DNA of 20,000 nucleotides. Origin: an uncultured virus (IMG/VR IMGVR_UViG_3300025108_000030). Its lineage: Duplodnaviria > Heunggongvirae > Uroviricota > Caudoviricetes > Kyanoviridae. Location: the IMG/VR virus record IMGVR_UViG_3300025108_000030; one strand, 5' to 3'. The notes beneath the pieces are model-generated. The model searched no databases. It had not been told where the DNA came from and saw only the letters and a program-made list of their open reading frames with translations. Position 1 is the first letter of the stretch; every line of letters starts with the position of its first letter. This document shows, piece after piece, positions 1-8,743 of the stretch. A program made the position numbers and the translations under genes.

Positions 1-146
1 GGTTATACATTGGGGACGAGTCAGTGTCGCTCAACGAGCAAATGATCGAAGAGGGTTATGCTCATGCCTATGATGGAGGCACTAAGGATATGAATCTCGA
101 AGCACTGAAAGAGATTCGTCGTGAGCACGGCACATTAGTAGAGTAA
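1..146 (+). CDS. 3' end of a thermonuclease (SNase-like) family protein, partial
   Basis: Hand translation from position 3: LYIGDESVSLNEQMIEEGYAHAYDGGTKDMNLEALKEIRREHGTLVE*, stop TAA at 144-146. 'LNEQMIEEGYA' resembles the SNase C-terminal 'N..LV..G.A' motif. Confidence 0.65.
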   Translation, partial: LYIGDESVSLNEQMIEEGYAHAYDGGTKDMNLEALKEIRREHGTLVE

Positions 147-149
147 TAA

Positions 150-157
150 TATAAATA
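150..157 (+). promoter_or_regulatory. T4-type late promoter TATAAATA
   Basis: Exact T4 gp55 late consensus, intergenic, 27 nt before the ATG at 185. Confidence 0.8.
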
Positions 158-184
158 CCTTGGAGAAGTCCCAGGTTTATTTGC

Positions 185-1246
185 ATGTCGGAATTAAATG
201 TAGGAACAATTAATGCTACTAATGTCAACACTTCTAATGTAAGTGCTACGAGTGACGTTGATGTTGATGGGGACTTTACTATTCCCAATAAGACTAATAG
301 TACTCGTCCATCAGCACCTCCTACAGGTACAGTTATTCATAACACCGAAGAGGATAAGCAGCAAGTTTATAATGGTACTGAATGGAAAACTATTGGTGGA
401 GATATAGTTGCTACCCAATATAAGATTCAATGCTGGGGTGCTGGTGGTGGCGGTGGAACTAGTGGTGGATGGAGTTATGGTGCCGAAGGTGGCGGTGGTG
501 GATATATTGAAGCAAATGTATCGGGACTGACGTCAGGAAACACTCTTTACATTCGTGTCGGTGAAGGTGGATTAGTTAATGGTACTCGTATGTCGTATGG
601 TGGTGGCGGTGAAGCAAACCGCGCTGGTGGTGATAATAGGTATGGTTCTAATGGTGGTGGTGCAACTGGGGTATTCCTTGGATCTGTAGCTCATGGTAAT
701 ACAATACTGATTGCTGGTGGTGGAGGTGGCGGCGGATCATCCAGAAACCAAGAGGGTAATATTGGTGGTGCTGGTGGTGGTCCTACTGGTCAAGATGGCG
801 TTTCTGCTTATGATGATAAGTGGCAATATCGTGGCAGAGGTGGTGGAGCAACTGAAGGTGGTAGAAATAACCAGCAGGGAGCTTCGTATTCAGCTCAAGC
901 ATTAGAGGGAGGATCTGCTGCATCTAATGGTTATGGTGGCGCTGGTGGCGGAGGATATTATGGCGGCAGTGCTGGAGGTTACTCTGAACAGCACACAATG
1001 GCAGGTGGTGGCGGTGGATCTGGATATGCAGATTCCACATATTGTAATGATGTGCGAAACTATCGTGGAGAATATCGTATGCCAGCTGGTGCTGGTGAAG
1101 CTGGATATCCTGGTGGTGGTCTTTCATTTGGCGGTAATTCTAATGCATCTGCTGGTGGTCATGGATACTGTAGAATTACAGATGCTAATGGGACAGTAAC
1201 AACTTATACATATACAGGTTCGGATGTAACTATAACAGTACCATGA
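185..1246 (+). CDS. Glycine-rich putative virion/tail-associated protein
   Basis: 353 aa. N-terminal 'RPSAPPTGTVIHNT...QVYNGTEW' resembles phage fibre/structural protein motifs. C-terminal domain starts 'CWGAGGGGG' with many GGGGG runs. Preceded by a late promoter. Confidence 0.7.
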   Translation: MSELNVGTINATNVNTSNVSATSDVDVDGDFTIPNKTNSTRPSAPPTGTVIHNTEEDKQQVYNGTEWKTIGGDIVATQYKIQCWGAGGGGGTSGGWSYGAEGGGGGYIEANVSGLTSGNTLYIRVGEGGLVNGTRMSYGGGGEANRAGGDNRYGSNGGGATGVFLGSVAHGNTILIAGGGGGGGSSRNQEGNIGGAGGGPTGQDGVSAYDDKWQYRGRGGGATEGGRNNQQGASYSAQALEGGSAASNGYGGAGGGGYYGGSAGGYSEQHTMAGGGGGSGYADSTYCNDVRNYRGEYRMPAGAGEAGYPGGGLSFGGNSNASAGGHGYCRITDANGTVTTYTYTGSDVTITVP

Positions 1247-1416
1247 TCTTTGACTTGAGTGTGGATGACTATGCAATCATCCTAAATGCATTACATTACT
1301 ATAAAAAAACTGAGAAGAAAGGTAATTTCAAACAGTATAATGAGGAGAGAATAAATAAATTAAGGGATAAAATGGCGTATCAACTTATCCCTAGTCCTGA
1401 AAGTGAACCGACATAA
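1243..1416 (+). CDS. Small hypothetical protein (57 aa), not in the ORF track
   Basis: MIFDLSVDDYAIILNALHYYKKTEKKGNFKQYNEERINKLRDKMAYQLIPSPESEPT*. Overlaps the upstream gene by ATGA and the gp17 start by TAATG, filling the gap exactly. Confidence 0.75.
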   Translation: MIFDLSVDDYAIILNALHYYKKTEKKGNFKQYNEERINKLRDKMAYQLIPSPESEPT

Positions 1417-3065
1417 TGAGTACCTCTGACGTATATCTTGGTAATCCCAATCTAAAGAAAGCGAATATTGCTCAGGAGTTTTCTCCTGAGGAAGTAGAAG
1501 AATATTTAAAATGTGCAGATGATCCCGTACATTTTATTCTTAATTATATCAAGATCGTTTCTCTAGATGATGGTGTCATACCTTTTACTATGTACGACTT
1601 TCAAGTCGATATGGTAAAGAGTTTTCATGACAATAGATTTAATATTGCCAAGTTGCCTCGGCAGTCTGGTAAGTCTACTATCGTTACAGCATATCTTCTT
1701 TGGTATGTTCTATTCAATCCCAATGTTAATGTAGCAATCCTCGCAAACAAAGCAGCGACTGCTCGTGAGATGTTAGGTCGCTTGCAACTTAGTTATGAAA
1801 ATCTTCCCAAATGGCTCCAGCAAGGTATCCTCCAATGGAACAGGGGATCATTGGAACTGGAGAATGGCAGTAAAATTCTGGCTGCATCTACTTCCGCTAG
1901 TGCCGTCAGGGGCATGTCTTTTAATGTCATTTTTCTGGACGAATTCGCGTTTGTTCCGAACCATATTGCTGACCAGTTCTTTTCATCTGTGTATCCTACT
2001 GTATCTTCTGGTAAGTCTACAAAGGTAATTATCATCTCCACGCCACATGGGATGAACATGTTCTATAAGTTGTGGCATGATGCAGAAAAAGGCAAGAACG
2101 AATATCTCCCAACTGAAGTACATTGGTCACAAGTTCCTGGTAGAGATGCTGCATGGAAAGAGCAGACTATTAAGAACACCTCAGAGCAGCAGTTCAAGGT
2201 TGAGTTTGAGTGTGAGTTTCTTGGTTCTGTTGATACACTGATTAGTCCTACTAAGTTAAGGACTATGCCATATGTAGATCCTATAGCACAAAATAAGGGA
2301 CTTGCAATTTATGAGAGAGTGATTCCAGAGCATAACTATATTATTACGGTTGACGTTGCTAGAGGAACATCTAATGATTACAGTGCATTTGTTGTAGTAG
2401 ATACGACAACTATGCCATATAAAGTAGTTGCAAGATATAGAAATAACGAGATCAAACCTATCATTTTTCCCAACATCATTATTGATGTTGCAAGAAATTA
2501 TAATCAAGCATATATTCTATGTGAGGTAAATGATATTGGTGGGCAAGTAGCAGATATTATTCAGTTTGATTTAGAGTACGAAAACCTTTTAATGGCAGCA
2601 ATGCGTGGTCGTGCTGGACAACAATTAGGTCAAGGGTTCTCTGGTAAGAAGACACAACTAGGTGTCAAGATGTCTAGTGCTGTTAAGCAGGTTGGATGTT
2701 CTAACCTCAAAGCATTGATTGAAGAGGATAAACTTATCATTCCTGATTATGAAACCATTGCCGAATTGACTACCTTTATTGTCAAGGGACAGTCGTTTGC
2801 TGCAGAAGATGGTTGTAATGATGACCTTGCTATGTGTTTGGTTATTTTTGCCTGGATGGCAATGCAAGAGTATTTCAAACAGATGCATGATAATGATGTG
2901 AGGCAACGCATCTATGATGATCAGAGAGAATCGATTGAACAAGATATGTCACCATTCGGTTTTATTAGTGATGGTATGGAAGATGAATACTTTGCGGATG
3001 CACAGGGAGATGTTTGGCAGGTTGCGGAATATGGGGATAAGTCTTATATGTGGGAGTTTAGGTAA
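1416..3065 (+). CDS. gp17: Terminase large subunit
   Basis: 549 aa. 'YLGNPNLK' N-terminus, Walker A 'PRQSGKST', Walker B 'IFLDEFAF', 'STPHG' coupling motif, nuclease 'VDVARG' and 'DDLAM'. Lies before the tail sheath gene. Confidence 0.97.
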   Translation: MSTSDVYLGNPNLKKANIAQEFSPEEVEEYLKCADDPVHFILNYIKIVSLDDGVIPFTMYDFQVDMVKSFHDNRFNIAKLPRQSGKSTIVTAYLLWYVLFNPNVNVAILANKAATAREMLGRLQLSYENLPKWLQQGILQWNRGSLELENGSKILAASTSASAVRGMSFNVIFLDEFAFVPNHIADQFFSSVYPTVSSGKSTKVIIISTPHGMNMFYKLWHDAEKGKNEYLPTEVHWSQVPGRDAAWKEQTIKNTSEQQFKVEFECEFLGSVDTLISPTKLRTMPYVDPIAQNKGLAIYERVIPEHNYIITVDVARGTSNDYSAFVVVDTTTMPYKVVARYRNNEIKPIIFPNIIIDVARNYNQAYILCEVNDIGGQVADIIQFDLEYENLLMAAMRGRAGQQLGQGFSGKKTQLGVKMSSAVKQVGCSNLKALIEEDKLIIPDYETIAELTTFIVKGQSFAAEDGCNDDLAMCLVIFAWMAMQEYFKQMHDNDVRQRIYDDQRESIEQDMSPFGFISDGMEDEYFADAQGDVWQVAEYGDKSYMWEFR

Positions 3066-3076
3066 GGATCCAAAAA

Positions 3077-3084
3077 TATAAATA
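3077..3084 (+). promoter_or_regulatory. T4-type late promoter TATAAATA for gp18
   Basis: Exact consensus in the gp17-gp18 gap. Shine-Dalgarno AGGAGA at 3115-3120. Confidence 0.85.
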
Positions 3085-3128
3085 ATCCTAGACAACCGAT
3101 GTTGGAATTAATCTAGGAGACTTAAACA

Positions 3129-5381
3129 ATGGCAGTCAATCAATCCTCGCCAGGGGTAGTCATTCAGGAAAGAGACCTGACGACAATCACTTCACTATCA
3201 AGCGCAAACGTTGGAGTTCTTGCAGCACCATTTGAACTTGGTCCAGTAGAAGAGATTGTAAACATCTCTACCGAAAGAGAATTAGTTGAGCAATTTGGTA
3301 AGCCAAATGACTACAACTACGAGTACTGGTACACTGCTGCTCAGTATTTGAACTACGGTGGCATCCTTAAGACCGTTCGTGTCAACTCGACCGCTTTGAA
3401 AAATGCAGTTGATACAGGTTCTGCTCCCCTGATTAAAAATCTTACAGATTATGAAACCACTATTGAAAATGCAAACAACACTTGGTCTTGGGCAGCAAAA
3501 ACTGCAGGAACCAAAGGTAATTCTATCGGTGTCTTCGTAACTGATGCTGGTGCTGACCAGATTGCAGTTATTCCTGCTCCAGGTTCAGGTAATGAGTTTG
3601 AGTTTGTTAACGACGCTGCAGTAACTGCTGCTTCTGGTGCTGCTGGTAAAGTCTTCAAGTATAGTATTGTATTAACTGTCACATCTGTTGTTGGCGACTT
3701 CGTTCCTGGCACTAGTACAACTGTTGCCATTTCTGGTTCTAACGAGACTGTTAATGTTCTTGCTTGGGATCCTGCTAACAAAAAACTGGAAATCGGTCTT
3801 CCTGCTGGTGGTGTAACTGGTATCATTGCTGATGCACAAGTTGTAACTCAGGGCACTAATACTGCTGAAGTTGCTACTGCTGGCATCGAACGCAGATTGT
3901 ATGTTGCCAAGAATAAGGATAGCATCGACTTTGCTGCTGCAGATAGCATCGAAGATACAAACAGCAACGCTGCTGTTATTACTTCCGTTCGTGGTGAGTA
4001 TGATGAGCGTGAGTATCTGCCTGGTGTAAAGTGGATCAACACTGCTGCTCGTCCTGGTACTTCCCAGTGGACAACTACTGCTGGTGGTTTCCGTGATGAG
4101 ATGCACGTCTTAGTTATTGACATTGACGGTGCTATCACAGGAACAGCAGGTGCTCTTCTTGAGCGTTTCATTGGTGTTTCCAAAGCATCGGATGCCAAAA
4201 CTTCTGTTGGTGAGACCAACTATTATGCAGAAGTTATCAAGCAGCGTTCAGCGTATATCTACTGGGGTGAGCACGAGACCACATTGTTCTCTGCAGGCGC
4301 AAGTGCTTCCGATGGTACTTGGGGTTTAGCAGCATCTTCTCGTCAGTTTAATCTGGTGCGTTCCGTTGCTGGTACAACAGACTATCCTGCTGGTCGCACA
4401 ACAATTGGTTCTGCTAGCAATGCTACCGCATACTATCGTCTTGCCAATGGTGCTGACTATACACTATCTGGTGGTACATATTCAGTCGCCAACAGCGATC
4501 TTGCTACTTCATACGAATTAATTGCTGATCCAGAATCACAGACTGTTGACTTCATCTTGGCAGGTCCTTCTGGTGCTGATGATCCCTCCGCTATTGCCAA
4601 GGTTACTTCATTGGTTAATATCGTTGAAGAGCGTCGTGACTGCATGGTATTTGTTTCTCCTCGTAGAGGAAATGTCATTGGAGTTTCTAACTCTACAACT
4701 GCAACATCAAATATCATCGATTTCTTCGATCAACTGCCTTCCTCCTCTTACGCAGTATATGATTCTGGTTATAAGTACATCTACGATAAGTACAATGATG
4801 TTTATCGTTATGTCCCTTGTAACGGTGACGTTGCTGGTCTTTGCTTACAGACAACTGAAGTCGCAGAACCTTGGTTCTCACCTGCTGGTTTCCAGCGTGG
4901 TAACTTGAGAAATGCAATCAAACTTGCATATACTCCTAACAAGACTCAACGCGACCGTTTGTATTCTGCTCGTGTCAATCCGATCGTTTCTTTCCCTGGT
5001 CAGGGCGTAGTTCTTTACGGTGATAAGACTGCACAAGGTTTCGCTTCTGCATTCGATCGTATCAATGTTCGTCGCTTGTTCCTCACGATTGAGCGTGTAA
5101 TCAGCGGTGCTGCTAAGGCACAACTGTTTGAACAGAACGATGAGTCACAACGCGCATTGTTCCTGAACATTGTCGAACCTTATCTTCGCGATGTTCAAGG
5201 TCGTCGTGGTGTAACTGACTTCTTGGTTAAGTGCGACACTCAGAACAATCCTCCCGAATCTGTTGATCGCGGTGAGTTCTATGCTGAGATCTTCGTCAAG
5301 CCCACACGCACTATTAACTACATCACACTAACATTCGTTGCCACCAGAACTGGTGTTGCATTCAACGAAGTTGCTTCCTGA
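3129..5381 (+). CDS. gp18: Contractile tail sheath protein
   Basis: 750 aa. 'SPGVVIQERDLT' N-terminus, 'PWFSPAG', 'FDRINVRRLF', 'KPTRTINYITLTFVATRTG' C-terminus, all typical of T4 gp18. Confidence 0.97.
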   Translation: MAVNQSSPGVVIQERDLTTITSLSSANVGVLAAPFELGPVEEIVNISTERELVEQFGKPNDYNYEYWYTAAQYLNYGGILKTVRVNSTALKNAVDTGSAPLIKNLTDYETTIENANNTWSWAAKTAGTKGNSIGVFVTDAGADQIAVIPAPGSGNEFEFVNDAAVTAASGAAGKVFKYSIVLTVTSVVGDFVPGTSTTVAISGSNETVNVLAWDPANKKLEIGLPAGGVTGIIADAQVVTQGTNTAEVATAGIERRLYVAKNKDSIDFAAADSIEDTNSNAAVITSVRGEYDEREYLPGVKWINTAARPGTSQWTTTAGGFRDEMHVLVIDIDGAITGTAGALLERFIGVSKASDAKTSVGETNYYAEVIKQRSAYIYWGEHETTLFSAGASASDGTWGLAASSRQFNLVRSVAGTTDYPAGRTTIGSASNATAYYRLANGADYTLSGGTYSVANSDLATSYELIADPESQTVDFILAGPSGADDPSAIAKVTSLVNIVEERRDCMVFVSPRRGNVIGVSNSTTATSNIIDFFDQLPSSSYAVYDSGYKYIYDKYNDVYRYVPCNGDVAGLCLQTTEVAEPWFSPAGFQRGNLRNAIKLAYTPNKTQRDRLYSARVNPIVSFPGQGVVLYGDKTAQGFASAFDRINVRRLFLTIERVISGAAKAQLFEQNDESQRALFLNIVEPYLRDVQGRRGVTDFLVKCDTQNNPPESVDRGEFYAEIFVKPTRTINYITLTFVATRTGVAFNEVAS

Positions 5382-5398
5382 TAATAGTTAACATAACT

Positions 5399-5425
5399 AA
5401 GAGACCTTACGGGGTCTCTTTTTTT
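5399..5425 (+). terminator. Intrinsic terminator after gp18
   Basis: GAGACCT-TACG-GGGTCTC stem-loop (UNCG-type loop) followed by T7. Confidence 0.85.
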
Positions 5426-5444
5426 GTCTGAAAATATGATTTGT

Positions 5445-5452
5445 AATAAATA
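5445..5452 (+). promoter_or_regulatory. Late promoter variant AATAAATA for gp19
   Basis: ATAAATA core just downstream of the terminator, 31 nt before the gp19 ATG. Confidence 0.75.
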
Positions 5453-5483
5453 CTAGGGACAGAGACACCTGAGCAAAAAAACA

Positions 5484-6059
5484 ATGGCAAAAAGAGGAAC
5501 TATTGACGATTTTAAAGCAAATGTCGCTTCGGACTTTGCGCGTCCTAATCTATTCCAAGTAGACTTAAACTTCCCACAAGGAATCATTAACAATTCTAGT
5601 CTGATTGAACTTGGTAAGTTCACTGTTCGTGCAGCGAATCTTCCCTCTTCCCAGATCGGTGTTATTGAAGTTCCTTTCAGAGGAAGAGTCCTGAAGATTG
5701 CAGGCGACAGAACGTTTGAACCATGGACCATTACCGTTCAGAACGATAGTCAGTTTGTTCTGCGTGATGCATTTGAACTTTGGGCATCCAGCATTCAAGC
5801 ATACAACGAAAACTTCACTCAAGCAGGTGGTCTCGGAGATGCTGATGATGCTACTGGATACTTCGCTGACATGACTGTTCATCAGTTAGCACGCGATATC
5901 AAAGATGGAGAGTCCCCCAAGATTCTTAAGTCTTACAGATTCTACAATGTATTCCCAAGTGCAATCGCTGCTATCGATCTTGACTTCGGTAACAACGATG
6001 CTATTGAAGAGTTCACTGTTGAACTTCAGACTCAGTACTGGACTCCTGTACAGGGTTGA
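5484..6059 (+). CDS. gp19: Tail tube protein
   Basis: 191 aa. 'ARPNLFQV', 'PFRGRVLKIAGDRTFEPWTITV.ND', 'IEEFTVE' motifs. Between sheath and portal genes. Confidence 0.96.
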   Translation: MAKRGTIDDFKANVASDFARPNLFQVDLNFPQGIINNSSLIELGKFTVRAANLPSSQIGVIEVPFRGRVLKIAGDRTFEPWTITVQNDSQFVLRDAFELWASSIQAYNENFTQAGGLGDADDATGYFADMTVHQLARDIKDGESPKILKSYRFYNVFPSAIAAIDLDFGNNDAIEEFTVELQTQYWTPVQG

Positions 6060-6069
6060 TTGAATCCTT

Positions 6070-6077
6070 GATAAATA
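6070..6077 (+). promoter_or_regulatory. Late promoter variant GATAAATA for gp20
   Basis: ATAAATA core in the gp19-gp20 gap. Confidence 0.7.
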
Positions 6078-6104
6078 GAACAGGACCAGTTACTTAGAAA
6101 TATA

Positions 6105-7709
6105 ATGTCTCAGCTCTTCGGTTTTTCACTGGAAAGAGCAAAGAAGGTCCCCAAGGGGCCTTCTTTTGTTCAAAAAGATAGTATGGATGGTTCGCAACCT
6201 ATTGTAGGTGGCGGATATTATGGATATTCCGTTGATTTTGATGGTGTTGTTCGTAATGATTATGAACTCATTTCTCGCTACAGAGAAATGGTAATGCAAC
6301 CAGAATGTGATAGTGCAGTTGACGATATTGTCAACGAAACTATTTGCGGTAACTTTGATGATGTACCAGTAGAGGTTGAACTCTCCAACCTTAAGGCGTC
6401 GGATAAAATTAAAAAACTAATTAGAGAAGAGTTTGAAACTATTCTCAGTTTACTAGACTTTGAAAATCGTTCCTATGAAATTTTTCGTAGGTGGTATGTA
6501 GACGGAAGACTTTTTTATCATAAAGTAATCGACCCCAAGAATCCTGCTGGTGGTCTTGCCGAATTGCGATATATCGATCCTCGCAAAATCCGTAAGGTCA
6601 CTGAGTATGAGCAGAAGAAACCCGATCAAATGCGTGGGTCTGATTTAAATCAGCAACTGACACAAAAGGCAGCAGAGTATTTTCTATACAATCCAAAGGG
6701 ATTAAAGAATTCTACAAATCAGGGTATGAAAATTACCACTGATTCTGTCACCTATTGCCACTCAGGTATTCAAGACCTGAACAAATCTATGACTCTTAGT
6801 CACCTTCACAAGGCGATCAAAGCAGTCAACCAACTGAGAATGATTGAAGATTCTCTGGTTATCTATCGTTTGAGTAGAGCACCCGAGCGTCGTATTTTTT
6901 ATATTGACGTTGGTAATCTTCCCAAGAATAAAGCGGAACAATATCTTCGCGAAGTTATGGGACGCTATCGTAACAAAATGGTTTACGATGCAAACACTGG
7001 TGAGATTAAAGACGACAAGAAGTTTATGTCCATGATGGAAGACTTCTGGTTACCTAGACGCGAAGGTGGTCGTGGTACAGAAATCTCCACACTCCCTGGT
7101 GGTCAGAATCTTGGTGAACTTGAGGATGTAAAGTACTTCCAGAAGAAACTTTATAAGGCACTCAATGTTCCTTCCTCTCGTTTAGAAACAGAAACGACTT
7201 TTAATATTGGTCGTGCTGCTGAAATTACTCGTGATGAAGTTAAGTTCCAGAAGTTTATCGCTCGTCTTCGCAAGCGTTTCTCAGAACTCTTTACAGATCT
7301 TTTAAAAACACAACTCATTCTTAAGGGCGTCATGTCTCTTGAAGAATGGGAAGAGATGAAGAATCACATTCAGTTTGACTTCATTGCTGATAATTACTTC
7401 ACTGAACTAAAAGAGATTGAAATCCGCAACGAAAGGATGAACCAAGTTGCTGCTATGGATGCTTATGTTGGTAAGTATTTCTCTGTAGAATATATGCGTC
7501 GTCAGGTTCTGAAGCAAACAGACATTGAGATTAAGGAGATTGATGAACAAATCGCCGCTGAAATGGAAGCAGGTATTATTGCTGATCCTATGGCGGAAAT
7601 GGATCCTGCTATGGATGCTGGCGGTGAAGGTGCCCCAGCAGCAGAAGTAGATCCAAATGCACAGGAATCTTCTGTTGATCCTGGAGATGTCCGCAGAGGA
7701 GAATTTTAA
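6105..7709 (+). CDS. gp20: Portal vertex protein
   Basis: 534 aa. 'RRWYVDGR', 'YRLSRAPERRIFYIDVGNLPK', 'EDFWLPRREGGRGTEISTLPGGQNLG', 'ITRDEVKF' are hallmark g20 motifs. Confidence 0.98.
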   Translation: MSQLFGFSLERAKKVPKGPSFVQKDSMDGSQPIVGGGYYGYSVDFDGVVRNDYELISRYREMVMQPECDSAVDDIVNETICGNFDDVPVEVELSNLKASDKIKKLIREEFETILSLLDFENRSYEIFRRWYVDGRLFYHKVIDPKNPAGGLAELRYIDPRKIRKVTEYEQKKPDQMRGSDLNQQLTQKAAEYFLYNPKGLKNSTNQGMKITTDSVTYCHSGIQDLNKSMTLSHLHKAIKAVNQLRMIEDSLVIYRLSRAPERRIFYIDVGNLPKNKAEQYLREVMGRYRNKMVYDANTGEIKDDKKFMSMMEDFWLPRREGGRGTEISTLPGGQNLGELEDVKYFQKKLYKALNVPSSRLETETTFNIGRAAEITRDEVKFQKFIARLRKRFSELFTDLLKTQLILKGVMSLEEWEEMKNHIQFDFIADNYFTELKEIEIRNERMNQVAAMDAYVGKYFSVEYMRRQVLKQTDIEIKEIDEQIAAEMEAGIIADPMAEMDPAMDAGGEGAPAAEVDPNAQESSVDPGDVRRGEF

Positions 7710-7713
7710 TTAA

Positions 7714-7720
7714 CTAAATA
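7714..7720 (+). promoter_or_regulatory. Probable late promoter variant CTAAATA
   Basis: TAAATA core in the short gap after gp20. The same variant recurs at gene boundaries at 9759, 11621 and 18838. Confidence 0.55.
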
Positions 7721-7742
7721 ATACTAATAATGGATACTTATT

Positions 7743-8066
7743 ATGCCGAGTGATATTGCAAACCAAATAGTTCAGCAAATTTTTAGTGATGACAAAGCGA
7801 AAGCAATTGACTCCATTAATGACGCTTTAGCATCTTCAACGTATGATGCTATTCAAGCACAAAAAGTTCAGTATGCTCAGAGTATGGGTTTTGAGTTAGA
7901 TCAAACCGCGCAGGATTCAGCAGATGAAATCGCTGATAGTTTGCCAGACGGTTCTGAGAATGCTCAAGATGTTGAAGTTGATGGGCGTATGCCGCATGAA
8001 CCCCCTACTGATGAATTAGAACAACCTGTAGAAACCCCCGAAGAAGACAATGAAACTGATAGCTGA
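7743..8066 (+). CDS. Acidic protein, probable prohead core component (positional analogue of T4 gp67/gp68)
   Basis: 107 aa, strongly D/E-rich C-terminus, located between gp20 and gp21. Function inferred from synteny only. Confidence 0.6.
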   Translation: MPSDIANQIVQQIFSDDKAKAIDSINDALASSTYDAIQAQKVQYAQSMGFELDQTAQDSADEIADSLPDGSENAQDVEVDGRMPHEPPTDELEQPVETPEEDNETDS

Positions 8067-8694
8067 AGAAATTACTCAAGTAGATTTTCTCTGCGAAGAG
8101 AAAGAAGGCAAGAAGAATTACTTCATCGAAGGTATCTTCTTACAGGCAGAACTGCAGAACCGCAATGGTCGCATGTATAAATTACCAACTTTACAACGTG
8201 AAGTTGCTAAATACAGCGAGAACTATATTCAAAAAGGGCGTGCTCTTGGAGAATTAGGTCACCCCGATGGTCCTTCCATCAATCTTGATAGGGTGTCACA
8301 TAAGATTGAATCTCTCAAAGAAGATGGAAACAACTTCATTGGTAGAGCAAAAATCCTTGATACCCCCATGGGTAATATTGCAAAGAACCTTCTTTCTGAA
8401 GGCGTCAGTCTTGGCGTTTCCTCTAGAGGCATGGGTTCTTTAGTCAAAAAAGAGGGTTGCAATGTCGTCGCAGATGACTTTATGCTTGCAACCGCTGCAG
8501 ATATTGTAGCAGATCCATCTGCTCCCGATGCATTTGTAGACGGTATTATGGAAGGAAAAGAGTGGGTTTGGGACAATGGCATTCTCAAAGAGTCTGCTAT
8601 TGCCGAGATCAAAACTCAAATTGATCAAGCAACTATTATCAATCTGCAGGAGCGTAAAATCTCCGCGTTTGCAGCATTTTTAAAGAGTTTGTGA
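8050..8694 (+). CDS. gp21: Prohead core scaffold protease
   Basis: 214 aa. 'IEGIFLQAE..NRNGRMY', 'ALGELGHP', 'GVSSRGMGS', 'DIVADPSAPDAFV' motifs. Confidence 0.97.
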   Translation: MKLIAEEITQVDFLCEEKEGKKNYFIEGIFLQAELQNRNGRMYKLPTLQREVAKYSENYIQKGRALGELGHPDGPSINLDRVSHKIESLKEDGNNFIGRAKILDTPMGNIAKNLLSEGVSLGVSSRGMGSLVKKEGCNVVADDFMLATAADIVADPSAPDAFVDGIMEGKEWVWDNGILKESAIAEIKTQIDQATIINLQERKISAFAAFLKSL

Positions 8695-8696
8695 TT

Positions 8697-8704
8697 TATA
8701 AATA
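8697..8704 (+). promoter_or_regulatory. T4-type late promoter TATAAATA for gp22/gp23
   Basis: Exact consensus directly after the gp21 stop. Confidence 0.85.
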
Positions 8705-8743
8705 ATAAAAGATAACGCTACTATGCATAACGGAGAATATCAA

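Noticed and set aside
151..182. Imperfect hairpin ACCTTGG...CCAGGT in the leader of the glycine-rich gene
   Set aside because: The stem is short and bulged, and the GGAGA inside it is about 18 nt from the ATG. Too weak to call a regulatory structure.
430..1160. GGTGGT-type repeats as a tandem repeat or CRISPR-like array
   Set aside because: Fully explained by glycine codons. There is no fixed repeat-spacer periodicity.
1416..3065. Intron or intein in gp17, or in other core genes (gp20, gp23, uvsW, gp46)
   Set aside because: All are uninterrupted and of ordinary length, with no intein splice motifs or homing-endonuclease ORFs.
3449..5123. Several long minus-strand ORFs within gp18 (also within gp21, gp22 and gp23, e.g. 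10336-10935)
   Set aside because: These are antisense shadows expected from the biased codon usage of highly expressed structural genes. They have no SD or promoter and no recognisable motifs.
8723..8743. Longer gp22 start at 8723 and longer start at 18852 for the post-gp46 ORF, as given in the ORF track
   Set aside because: SD positions favour ATG 8744 and TTG 18867 respectively.
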